DNA from: an uncultured delta proteobacterium
GTDB lineage: Bacteria > Desulfobacterota > Desulfobaccia > Desulfobaccales > 0-14-0-80-60-11
DNA length: 64,000 nt
Assembly: GCA_963812015.1 (NCBI GenBank)
Contig: CAWETI010000003.1
Coordinates: 896,001 to 960,000, forward strand
Reading direction: 5' to 3'
Shown: in pieces, positions 48,611-58,473 of the stretch
How the letters are laid out: the number at the start of each line of letters is the position of its first letter
Numbering within the stretch: position 1 is the stretch's first letter
Made by a program: the position numbers and the translations under genes
The notes under the pieces: model-generated
What the model saw: the letters and a program-made list of their open reading frames with translations, nothing else
What the model was told of the DNA's origin: nothing
Database searches by the model: none

Positions 48611-49420
48611 CTACATAAAATCCGGCTCCGGGAGCGGTTCTTGGCTTGGCTTGACCGGCCTGGGTTTCTTCTTGGGGGGCATGCCCTGGGGGACGATCAC
48701 CGGGAGAGGTTCCAGCTGACGGCTAATGGCCCAGCCCACCGCGCCGCTGGAAGGTTGGCGAACGTTAAGCCAACCCTCGGTTTCCCCGATTTTTTCCACC
48801 TGATCGTTAACGCTCAAAGTTCTCACGACCTCGGAGAGGTTCGAGGGTTTGGCTCGCAAGATAAGTTTTCTGACGGCCACATAGTAATAGGGTTTTTGGG
48901 ACGGCTTTTCCAAAGCTTCCTCGAGGTGCTCCGTCAGGGCCGAGGCCGGCAGCCAGCCGAGGCTGCGGCTTTTCATCACCAAGACCCGCCACCAACCCTG
49001 ATCACCCGCTTCGACTCGTTGCACCTGATCGCCCCGGAAAAGGACCTGTAAGGGCAGGCAATCGCGGCGAGGGCACTCCCGCAGCGGCATGCCGTCCTCT
49101 TTGACAAAGAAAAAAACGGTGGCAACCGACTCAGAACTGAGTAAATCCTTGTGAACCCATCCCGTCTGCCCACTCCGCTGGAGTTCAACCCGCCACCAGG
49201 CAGATTCGCCCCCATCCACCCGTCTCACCTTATCGCCTCGATACAGCGGGCCCACGACATTCTCGCCGTATCCGGGGCTGTCCAGCAAATAGGTGATTTC
49301 CGGGGTAACAAAGAAAGGACCTTCCGGGGGTTTCACCTCCGGAGAGGTTGCACAGGACCCAGCCAGACCCAGAAGCAGGCAAAGGATGATTAATCCGGTT
49401 AAATCAGTGTATGATCGCAT
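48611..49420 (-). CDS. Lipoprotein with three SH3-like domains
   Basis: Signal peptide ending AGSC; three L.RGD.V...WW.V...GW repeats. Confidence 0.8.
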   Translation of the reverse strand: MRSYTDLTGLIILCLLLGLAGSCATSPEVKPPEGPFFVTPEITYLLDSPGYGENVVGPLYRGDKVRRVDGGESAWWRVELQRSGQTGWVHKDLLSSESVATVFFFVKEDGMPLRECPRRDCLPLQVLFRGDQVQRVEAGDQGWWRVLVMKSRSLGWLPASALTEHLEEALEKPSQKPYYYVAVRKLILRAKPSNLSEVVRTLSVNDQVEKIGETEGWLNVRQPSSGAVGWAISRQLEPLPVIVPQGMPPKKKPRPVKPSQEPLPEPDFM

Positions 49421-49438
49421 AGCTCATGCAGCACTTTT

Positions 49439-50029
49439 CTAGTTCGCCTTATCCAAGGCCTTGACCCGCCATTGCCCCGATTCTCGGACGAATCTGATCA
49501 AGTAGGTCTTTACAATCGTTTTATTTTGGCGGGTGCGGAGATTTTGCGCCTCAACGTTCCAATTTACCCGAGCCAGGGCAGTCGTGTCATCTAAAAGGCT
49601 GATTTCCTTTATTTGAAAATCCATTTTCGGGTAGTCATAGATTTTCCAGCTTGCTGAGATATGTTGGGCCCGTTGGGACAAGCGGGGGAAGTTTGGCGAG
49701 TAATAGCTTAAAAGTTGGGCTAAATCCTTTTTCTGATTGGCCGCCCCGATCCCGGCAAGTACCTGGGCTAATTGGCCTTTCAGGAGAGCGCTCGGGTCGG
49801 CGGGGACCTGGGCCGGGACCGGTGGGGACACAGGTAAGCCTTTATCCGGCTGGGTTTGAGCTGGCGGGGGCTGCGCCTCTTGGTGGGAGGGCGGTGAGGA
49901 GGGGGTTCCCGTGAGGAAGAACCATACGACAAAACCGATCAGCACACACCCGACGCCCAGCACGAAGCCGTGTATCCAGATATGCTTTCAGCTGGGCAGC
50001 GCTTGAGAGGATTTTCGCTGATCCATCAT
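49439..50029 (-). CDS. Membrane-anchored NTF2-like hypothetical protein with an in-frame TGA at codon 14
   Basis: ATG 50029 with GGGGA RBS; TGA at 49988-49990; remainder open (ORF 49439..49963). Confidence 0.55.
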
Positions 50030-50488
50030 CGTCCCCGGCTCAATCCATCATGTGGCTATATGATACCAAAACCTCCTCCCTTACGAAAGCCTAATCATGA
50101 TGCCAGGCTCCGGGTCCGCCGCCGGTCAGGAAGTTTAAACCTCCCCGCCAATTATGCTTCTCAGCTTCGGACCGCCGGTCACCCCTTAATTAGGTTATAA
50201 TAGGGTTGATTTCGCCGATTTCATCCCCGGTCCGGGCCAGGCGTCCTGGCGTGGCAAATCAGGGTCGGCTACCGGAAGTTTCTTTCCGGGGGGGGTGGCG
50301 GAAAAGTCGCGGCGGCAGGAGGTGGCTCACCCTTGCGCGGCGGTGCTGGCCTGGGCTGCAGGGGCCGACGCCCCACCAAGAATCTGCGAATCAAGGGGAA
50401 GGTTGCCGGGCCGCAACCTTGGGCTTGGTGCAGGCGAGGCGCCATGACTTGGACAGGGACCAGGACGGTTACCAGCTATGAGACGGGA

Positions 50489-50615
50489 AGCTATTTCAAA
50501 AGCGATTTATGGTGTCACCCTGAGCGCCAGCCAAGGGTCTAGAGTATTGGAAAGACAAGATTTTTCGCTTCGCTCAGAATGACAAACCGGCGCAACAAGA
50601 GGTTTTGCAATAGGT
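50489..50615. repeat. MITE/REP-like element
   Basis: Imperfect terminal IR AGCTATTTCAAAA / TTTTGCAATAGGT around GTCACCCTGAGCG...CGCTCAGAATGAC; fragments at about 8612, 9360, 9655, 60590. Confidence 0.6.
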
Positions 50616-50646
50616 CCTATGAAATTTTAGCCGGGCACTCCACCGG

Positions 50647-51525
50647 CTAGAGTAGCCCCTCCTGACGCAAGCGCACCAAGACCCCCGCCGTTGATTTGCT
50701 CCGGTCCATGGTATAAAAATGCAGCCCCGGGACACCAGCCTGGATCAGCTCTTTGCATTGCTCAAAAGCAAAGTCGATGCCGAAGTAGAGCAGCGCCGAG
50801 GCATCGCCCTCCGGCAAGGCGGCCAATCTTTGCCGTAAATCGTCGCTGATGCTGGCCCCGCAGAGTTTGGCCAGATGGTTCATTATCTTGAGACTGAAAA
50901 TCGGCATGATGCCGGGCACAATGGGGACCTCGATCCCCAGGCCGCGACAGGTGGCGACAAAATCGAAATAATAACGGTTGTCGTAAAAATAATTGGTAAG
51001 GATAAATTCAGCCCCTTTATCCACCTTGAGCTTCAGGTACGCCAGGTCTTTTTGCCGGCTCTCGGCCTCAATGTGGCCCTCCGGATAGCCGGCCGTTCCC
51101 AGACAGAAGGGGTAGCGTGGCCGGATAAACTCCAGCATATCCGAGGCATGGGCCAAACTGGCGGCATGGGGCTTAAAATCAGGTTGCCCGTGGGGGGGAT
51201 CGCCCCGCACCACCAAGATATTATCCACTCCCAGATTCTGATAGGTGTCCATGACCCCCTGGATATCCTCCGGCCCCAGGCCGTAACCGGCAAAGTAGGC
51301 CATAACCTCCAGCTTTAGGTCATTTTTCAGGCGGTCCACCAACTGCCGGGAGCCTTCCCGGGTAGAGCCCCCGGCCCCAAAGGTGACCGAGACAAAATCG
51401 GGTTCCATCAGGGCCAACTGGTGGATCACCCTTTCCAGTTTTTCGGCGGCTTCGGCATTCCTGGCAGGAAAAAATTCAAAAGATATGGTCGGGGTTTTTT
51501 TCTTCCACATCTCGGTCACTTTCAT
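50647..51525 (-). CDS. metF: Canonical 5,10-methylenetetrahydrofolate reductase
   Basis: SFEFFP, SVTFGAGG, RGD, AGYPEGH, PGIMP, HFYTM. Confidence 0.92.
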   Translation of the reverse strand: MKVTEMWKKKTPTISFEFFPARNAEAAEKLERVIHQLALMEPDFVSVTFGAGGSTREGSRQLVDRLKNDLKLEVMAYFAGYGLGPEDIQGVMDTYQNLGVDNILVVRGDPPHGQPDFKPHAASLAHASDMLEFIRPRYPFCLGTAGYPEGHIEAESRQKDLAYLKLKVDKGAEFILTNYFYDNRYYFDFVATCRGLGIEVPIVPGIMPIFSLKIMNHLAKLCGASISDDLRQRLAALPEGDASALLYFGIDFAFEQCKELIQAGVPGLHFYTMDRSKSTAGVLVRLRQEGLL

Positions 51526-51614
51526 GGGACTGGCTCCTGAGAATCATATTTTTAAAAAAATAACTTATTCCGTGATTATGCGGCGGCCTTGCCCACCGCG
51601 GATAAAAAATTGGT

Positions 51615-51989
51615 TTAGCTGGCCGGACCGGGGCTCTGGGGCGGTTGGGCCCAACCCAGGTTTTTCACGGTGTCGTCCGGGTTAAAGGTCACGGACAACT
51701 CCCGGGTGGTTTCGCTTAAAAGGGGGGTAAAGGCCTTGACCACGGGAATGAACTCGGTGGGTTTGGGGGCCGCGGTGGTATAAAAATAGTGCCAGGTCTC
51801 CTCCCCGGCCCCGCCATAAGAGGCCGTCAGGGGGTAACCCAGGAGGGCGGTGACGTCGGCCCGGGTGGATTTGCCCACTTCGATTTTAGAGACGACGTCG
51901 GCATCGGTGATGGCTTTAGTGCCCGCCGACAGACAGGCGCCGGTCACCAGGAGGAGGAACACGGTCAGAAGTTTAAGCCACGCGTGCAT
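51615..51989 (-). CDS. BamE/SmpA-OmlA-like lipoprotein
   Basis: Lipobox TGAC; I.VGKSTRADV..LLG.P...ETWHY. Confidence 0.7.
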   Translation of the reverse strand: MHAWLKLLTVFLLLVTGACLSAGTKAITDADVVSKIEVGKSTRADVTALLGYPLTASYGGAGEETWHYFYTTAAPKPTEFIPVVKAFTPLLSETTRELSVTFNPDDTVKNLGWAQPPQSPGPAS

Positions 51990-52580
51990 GGTTCGATCCT
52001 GGACCTCATCTGCCAAGGTGTGGAAAATCGGGAACAACAACCCCCGGATTCGCGGCCGCCCCATGGTCCACCGTCCGAAGTTTGGGTGGCGATTCCTTAC
52101 CATTCTCTCAGATTGCCCCGCGTTTTGCACCCCCAGGATGGTTCCAGGCTGATTTTTCCGGCAAGATAAACCGTTCGGGAGGGAAAATTACCCGGACGCA
52201 ATCAGGTGCGCCTCCCGGAGGCCTTTCCCCCTGCCGGTAGACGCCCCGCCTGATCCGGCCCGGTGACTGAAACAGGTTGATAAGGCTTGGGGCGGAGACC
52301 GCAAGTTGACAGGCGGGTTTCCTTGTGGCATGGTGACAATGGTAAAAAAATAACCGGGAGGCCGCCGCTTGAGGCCGTTCCCTGAGAAGACCGACAGCCC
52401 GAGTGTCCCAGACCCAAAAGGGTCTTGACCGCGCTCGGGCTGTGGTGTTTTCAGGCGATCTGGCCGGCGAGGTGAGTCAAGGCGTTCCGGGGATCAGCCC
52501 GCCCCTAATCCAGGCGCGGGGAACCGTGGCCCGGCGGCGCCTGCCGCCCGGCACCGAGGCATGAGGGAGAAAGGCACGCC

Positions 52581-53342
52581 ATGAGGACTTTTGCCATTGC
52601 AAACCAGAAGGGGGGGAGCGGCAAGACCACCACCAGCGTCAATCTGGCCGCGGCCCTGGGGGAGAAGGGCCGCCGGGTGCTGGTCATCGACCTGGACCCG
52701 CAATATTCCACCACGGCCTGGTTCGGGGTCAAAAATGCCGGCAAGGGAGTGCTGGGGATCTTTGCGGAAAATGGCTCGATGCTGGAGCTGGTGCAGGAGT
52801 CAGGGGTGGCCGGAGTGGACCTGGTGCCGTCTTCCCAATGGCTGATGGGGGCCGAAAAGATGCTGGCCGGGGAGGTGGGGGCCGAAACCATCTTGCGCCG
52901 CAACCTTGGCCGTCTGCCGCCGGACCGCTGGGACTACGTGCTGATCGACTGCCCTCCCACCCTGGGGGTCCTCACCATCAACGCCCTGGTGGCGGTGCAC
53001 GAACTCCTGGTGCCGGTGGAGGCCCACGTCATGGCCCTAAGCGGCTTGGCCCAGCTGCTCCAAACCGTGGAGGTGGTCAGGGAGCGCCTCAATCCCGACC
53101 TGAGGGTCACGGGCATCCTGGCCTGCCGGGTGGATTCCCGCACCCGCCACGCCCGGGAGGTGGTGGAGCAACTGCGCCAGCGTTCCGGCAGCCTGGTTTA
53201 CCACACCATCATCCGGGAGAACATCCGGCTGGCGGAATGTCCCTCTTTCGGCCAGGCCATCACCGAGTATGACGGCAAGAGCGCCGGCGCCGCGGATTAC
53301 CGGGCCCTGGCCGACGAGATCATCAGCCAAGAAGGGAGTTGA
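52581..53342 (+). CDS. ParA/Soj family ATPase (orphan)
   Basis: NQKGGSGKTT deviant Walker A, DLDPQ, IDCPP, IRENIRLAECPS. Confidence 0.92.
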   Translation: MRTFAIANQKGGSGKTTTSVNLAAALGEKGRRVLVIDLDPQYSTTAWFGVKNAGKGVLGIFAENGSMLELVQESGVAGVDLVPSSQWLMGAEKMLAGEVGAETILRRNLGRLPPDRWDYVLIDCPPTLGVLTINALVAVHELLVPVEAHVMALSGLAQLLQTVEVVRERLNPDLRVTGILACRVDSRTRHAREVVEQLRQRSGSLVYHTIIRENIRLAECPSFGQAITEYDGKSAGAADYRALADEIISQEGS

Positions 53343-53347
53343 ACGAC

Positions 53348-53773
53348 ATGGCCAAACGCAGCACCATTGGCGAAAATCCTCTGGATGCGGTTATTCAGCA
53401 AAGTCCGCTGGATACTGTAATGCCCGGCCTCTCGGCGGCGAGCGCCACCGGCCGGGGTCAACCGGCGCCGGGGTTACCCCCCGAGGTCCAGGCCCACTTG
53501 CAGGAACAATCAGCCGGTCTCAAGGCGCTGCGGGCCGAGGTGGCGCAGCTCAAGGCAACGGCGGGGGAAGCGGCCGCCGTGAAGGGCGAGAACGCCAGGT
53601 TGCAAGGGGAGCTGGCCGGACTGCGTCGTGAGGTCGACGCCCTCAAGGCAGAGGCGGCGGCAGTCAAGGCCCTCGGGGGCGAAGTGGGGCAGCTCAAGGA
53701 GGAACTGGCCCGGCTCCGGGCCAGCGCCGGGCCCGGCGACCTCCCCTTCTGGATGCGGGGCAGGAGGAAATAG
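53348..53773 (+). CDS. Coiled-coil ParA partner protein
   Basis: Basic N-terminus MAKRSTIGENPLD, Pro/Gly linker, heptad repeats, C-terminal PFWMRGRRK. Confidence 0.7.
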   Translation: MAKRSTIGENPLDAVIQQSPLDTVMPGLSAASATGRGQPAPGLPPEVQAHLQEQSAGLKALRAEVAQLKATAGEAAAVKGENARLQGELAGLRREVDALKAEAAAVKALGGEVGQLKEELARLRASAGPGDLPFWMRGRRK

Positions 53774-54433
53774 GCGTCCCGAACCCCGGCAACTCATCTG
53801 GCTCCCACCGGCTGGCCCCGGGCCGGCGGGAGTTGCAGGTTTATAGCCGGCCCGGCCGGGATTCCGGGCCGGGGGCAAGCTGGCGGCCGCTCTGGCCGGC
53901 GGTCACTGTCCGCCATAATTCATTTTGAACATGGCGGAATGCGTCTGCTCCACCTTGTTCAGCTTTCGTGGTAACCCCAACCGGGTCAAGGAACGTTACC
54001 CTGCGCCGTGCTCATCCCTTCTGGGAACTCTCTCTTCCTGAGCCACCGAAGATTTCGCACCACACCTTTCCCAATAAAACGCGCCATATTTTGTTAGGAA
54101 TTCCATTGACAGGTGCAACCGGGATGCTTAGTTAAATTAAAATCCCAACCACGTAATGACAATACTATAATCAGTCCCCCATAATTATGCACTTTGGTTT
54201 TTAAAAGGATTGCCTGTCAGTTATTAGAATTTGTCTAGGCGCAGGTTCTTGGCCGGCGTTAGCGTTGCTCGGGATGGTTTTAAACGGCACGGAGACGCCG
54301 GGATGCCTGGTAATTATCACGGTGCGGTCCTGGCATAATTTGGCCAAGTATCAGTAATACCTAAGGATAACTATCTGCCATAACTTCGGTAATGTCCTTG
54401 CCCAGAAAGGTTCTGGTCAAAAGGAACCCAAAC

Positions 54434-54835
54434 ATGGCTCCGTATGACATCGTGTTGGCGGACGATCATATTTTGGTGCGCCAGGGTATCAAAAAAATAA
54501 TCCAGGAAAACGACGACATGCGGGTGGTGGGCGAGGCTGGGGATGGGGTAGAACTCTTGGAATTACTTGAGAAAATAACCCCAGACCTGGTCATCCTGGA
54601 TATTACCATGCCACGCCTCAAAGGGCTGGCGGCGGCGAGACAGATTAAGCAGCTCTATCCCGCCATCAAGATGTTGATCCTCAGTATGCATCGGAGTAAA
54701 GAGTATCTGTACCAGGCGTTGGCCGAAGGCGTGAATGGGTATCTTCTGAAAGAAGAAGCAGATTTGGGGCTCTTTTCCGCCATCGAGGCGGTGCGCCAGG
54801 GCAGGACCTTCGTGTCACCCCTGCTGGAAGAATAA
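54434..54835 (+). CDS. NarL-type receiver domain without HTH
   Basis: LADDH, LDITMP, LSMH, GYLLK; stops at FVSPLLEE. Confidence 0.8.
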   Translation: MAPYDIVLADDHILVRQGIKKIIQENDDMRVVGEAGDGVELLELLEKITPDLVILDITMPRLKGLAAARQIKQLYPAIKMLILSMHRSKEYLYQALAEGVNGYLLKEEADLGLFSAIEAVRQGRTFVSPLLEE

Positions 54836-55077
54836 TGATTGGTTGTCATTTGTAAGTTATTCAATAATCTTTAAATAGTATTATTGAAAAATATTTAGTT
54901 GTTGGAGACTCAGCCAGTAACCGTACCCATGGGGTCAGCCTTATATGGCAGGCCCGCCGGTTCTCACTGATAAAAAGCCCAAAACCAACCAAACACCTTA
55001 CCCGGCCCAAGGGCATGCCTGAGTGATGACCCCCGGCCCGGCAGTGCCCCACAGGCAGGTCCGGCCCTCCTGACGCG

Positions 55078-55105
55078 CCGCTCACCAGACGGTGAGCGGT
55101 TTTTT
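55078..55105 (+). terminator. Rho-independent terminator
   Basis: CCGCTCACC-agac-GGTGAGCGG-TTTTTT. Confidence 0.8.
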
Positions 55106-55257
55106 ATTCGTATTTCCCCCCGAATATGTTATGAAATATAATTTACGCAAATTCTATGGTGCCTGGGCTGCGGGTCGGCAGGGCCACTTCTTTAAGTTCT
55201 TTAAGGGAGCGGCCGGGCCAGGCCCCGGGCCTGGGAAACGGTTCAGGTAGAGACCTT

Positions 55258-57138
55258 ATGGCAGAGTTGTTATCCGGACGAGGGGGGGAGCGGCGGCTTT
55301 TCCTGGGAAATGAGGCCATTGTCCGGGGTGCCTTGGAAGCCGGGGTGGCCCTGGTCACCACTTACCCCGGGACTCCCGCCTCGGAGATCGGCGACCGGTG
55401 TTATGAGATTGCCCGGCAGACCGACCTGCAGTTCGAATTCTCGACCAATGAAAAGGTGGCCCTGGAAGTGGCGGCGGGGGCCGCGGCTTGCGGCTGGCGG
55501 GTGCTCTGCGCCATGAAACATGTGGGCCTCAATGTGGCCGCCGACGCCCTCATGACCCTGGCCTATGTGGGGGTCAAGGGGGGCATGGTCATTGTCAGCG
55601 CCGACGACCCCGCCCTGTTCTCCAGCCAGAATGAGCAGGATAACCGCTATTATGCCAAGATGGCAAACTTGCCCATGCTGGAGCCGGCCACCCCCGAGGA
55701 AGCCCATGCCATGACCCGGGCGGCCTTCGCCCTTTCCGAGGACCTCAAGGTCCCAGTGCTCCTGCGCACCACCACCCGGGTGAACCATACCCGGGGAGCC
55801 GTGACCCTGGGGGAGTTGGCGCCCCGGCCGGGTCTCGGGCGATTTCACAAGGACCCCTTCCGCCAGGTGATGGTGCCGGCGGTGGCCCGCCAGGCCCACG
55901 TGCGGCTTCTGGCTGCGGAAGACCAGGCCCGGGCCCTGGCCGAGACTTCCCCCTTCAACGAGATCAGCGGCCGGGGGAGTTGGGGGGTGGTCACCAGCGG
56001 GGTGAGCAGCACCTATGTGGCGGACGCCCTCAAGGAATTGGGCCTGGCCGATAAAGTCAGGCTGCTCAAGCTGGGATTCACTCACCCGCTGCCGGAGACC
56101 TTGCTGGGAGATTTTCTGGCGCCGCTTTCGAAGGTGCTGGTGGTGGAGGAACTGGAGCCCTACCTGGAGGAAGCCCTCAAGGCCGTGGCCCAGACCCGGG
56201 GGCTCACGGTGAGCATCCGGGGCAAAGGCCCAGGCCTTTTTTCCCGCCTCTACGAGTACCATCCGGCCCTGGTGCGGGAGGTGATCGCCCGGTTTTTTGG
56301 GATATCCTCAGAGGCGTCGAAACCGTTGGTCCCGGAGGCGGTTCTGGGGCAGCCCCTGCCGGACCGTCCCCCCAATCTCTGCGCCGGGTGTCCCCACCGG
56401 GCCACGTATTATGCGGTGAAGATCGCCCTGAAGGACCTGGGGGTGGAAGGGGTCTTCCCCACGGACATCGGCTGCTACACCCTGGGGCTCTTACCGCCCC
56501 TGTCCATGGCGGATTTTCTCATCTGCATGGGTTCGAGCCTCAGCACCGCGGCGGGGATTTCCCGGGCCACGGGCCAGAAGGTGGTGGCCTTCATCGGGGA
56601 TTCCACGTTTTTCCACGCCGGGCTGCCGGCCCTGGTCAACGCCGTGCACCACAAGCACAACTTTTTGCTGGTCATCCTGGATAACGGCACCACGGCCATG
56701 ACCGGACACCAGCCCCACCCTGGGGTCAGCCTGATGCCTCCCGGGTATCCCGGAGAGCACGTGCCCATTGCCCGGGTAGTGAAGGCGTTAGGGGTGGAAC
56801 AGCTTTGGGTGGTGAATCCCTTCAAGTATAAGGAGAGCCTGGCGGCCATGAAGGAGGCCCTGGGGGCTGCCGGCGTCAGGGTGCTCATCTCCCAGGCCCC
56901 TTGCCACCTCTACGCCCAGCGTTTGTCCGGCAAGAAGCGGACGGCGCGCTTTAAGGTGACCCAAGGGTGCGGCGCCTGCCGGGACTGCCTGGATAATTTC
57001 GGCTGCCCGGCCATGTACCTGGAATCCGGGGAAGAGGGCCGCTTGCAGATCGACTCGGACCTGTGCTCCGGCTGCGCCTTCTGCGTCCAATGGTGCGACA
57101 ATATTCGGCCGGTGGGGGCGAGTGAGGGGAAGAAATGA
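55258..57138 (+). CDS. iorA: Indolepyruvate ferredoxin oxidoreductase alpha subunit
   Basis: GNEAI, YPGTP, MKHVGLNVAAD, SSQNEQD, CAGCPHR, GDSTFFH, TAMTGHQ. Confidence 0.93.
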   Translation: MAELLSGRGGERRLFLGNEAIVRGALEAGVALVTTYPGTPASEIGDRCYEIARQTDLQFEFSTNEKVALEVAAGAAACGWRVLCAMKHVGLNVAADALMTLAYVGVKGGMVIVSADDPALFSSQNEQDNRYYAKMANLPMLEPATPEEAHAMTRAAFALSEDLKVPVLLRTTTRVNHTRGAVTLGELAPRPGLGRFHKDPFRQVMVPAVARQAHVRLLAAEDQARALAETSPFNEISGRGSWGVVTSGVSSTYVADALKELGLADKVRLLKLGFTHPLPETLLGDFLAPLSKVLVVEELEPYLEEALKAVAQTRGLTVSIRGKGPGLFSRLYEYHPALVREVIARFFGISSEASKPLVPEAVLGQPLPDRPPNLCAGCPHRATYYAVKIALKDLGVEGVFPTDIGCYTLGLLPPLSMADFLICMGSSLSTAAGISRATGQKVVAFIGDSTFFHAGLPALVNAVHHKHNFLLVILDNGTTAMTGHQPHPGVSLMPPGYPGEHVPIARVVKALGVEQLWVVNPFKYKESLAAMKEALGAAGVRVLISQAPCHLYAQRLSGKKRTARFKVTQGCGACRDCLDNFGCPAMYLESGEEGRLQIDSDLCSGCAFCVQWCDNIRPVGASEGKK

Positions 57139-57282
57139 TTTTGGGGGAGGGGCAGGAACTCTTACAAAAAAGTTCCTGCCCTCCCCCTGGCCCCCTCCCA
57201 ACCAGTAGAAGAGTGGCCCGGCGTACCACCCGTGTTTAAAGGCGGGAATGCCCGCCCCACATGACGATAAGGCTTTGAAGCA

Positions 57283-57936
<654 letters not shown>

Positions 57937-57940
57937 ATTG

Positions 57941-58399
57941 GTGCATGATCAAAATAAAGCAGAAACTTCTTCCCGGCGGCGGCGCCGCCCTTACCGCCAG
58001 ATGCCCCACACCGCGGACCTGGCCTGGCGCCTGTGGGGGGGGAGTCTGGCGGAGCTCTTTGAAAACGCCGGCCGGGCCCTGAGCGCCACCCTGACCGACC
58101 GCAGGTATCTCAGGCGCCGGAACACCCGGGAGGTGAGGCTGACCTCCAGCGACCGGGAAGCCCTCCTGGTTGATTGGCTCAACCACCTGCTTTACCTTTT
58201 TGATGTAGACGGATTTTTGGGCCGGGACTTTCAGGTGGTGTCGTTGACCCCCGAGCGTCTGGAAGCCAGGGTGAGCGGGGAGAGTTTCGATCCCGCCCGC
58301 CACCCGGAGCGGACCGGGGTCAAGGCCGCGACCTTCCATCAGTTGAGCATCGTGCCGGCCGAAGATGGCTGGCTGGCCACGGTGGTGCTGGATTTGTAA
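57941..58399 (+). CDS. Archease
   Basis: HTAD, ELFENA, VKAATFH, C-terminal VVLDL. Confidence 0.9.
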   Translation: MHDQNKAETSSRRRRRPYRQMPHTADLAWRLWGGSLAELFENAGRALSATLTDRRYLRRRNTREVRLTSSDREALLVDWLNHLLYLFDVDGFLGRDFQVVSLTPERLEARVSGESFDPARHPERTGVKAATFHQLSIVPAEDGWLATVVLDL

Positions 58400-58435
58400 T
58401 CATCTTTCCGAGCCGTCAGGTGGCAGGAGTCGGAG

Positions 58436-58471
58436 AACTGACTACTGGCAACTGACTACTGGCAACTGACT
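58436..58471 (+). repeat. 14-bp period tandem repeat before rtcB
   Basis: (AACTGACTACTGGC) about 2.5 copies. Confidence 0.8.
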
Positions 58472-58473
58472 CT

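Noticed and set aside
51526..51614. SAM or cobalamin riboswitch before metF
   Set aside because: Interval is short and lacks recognisable consensus elements
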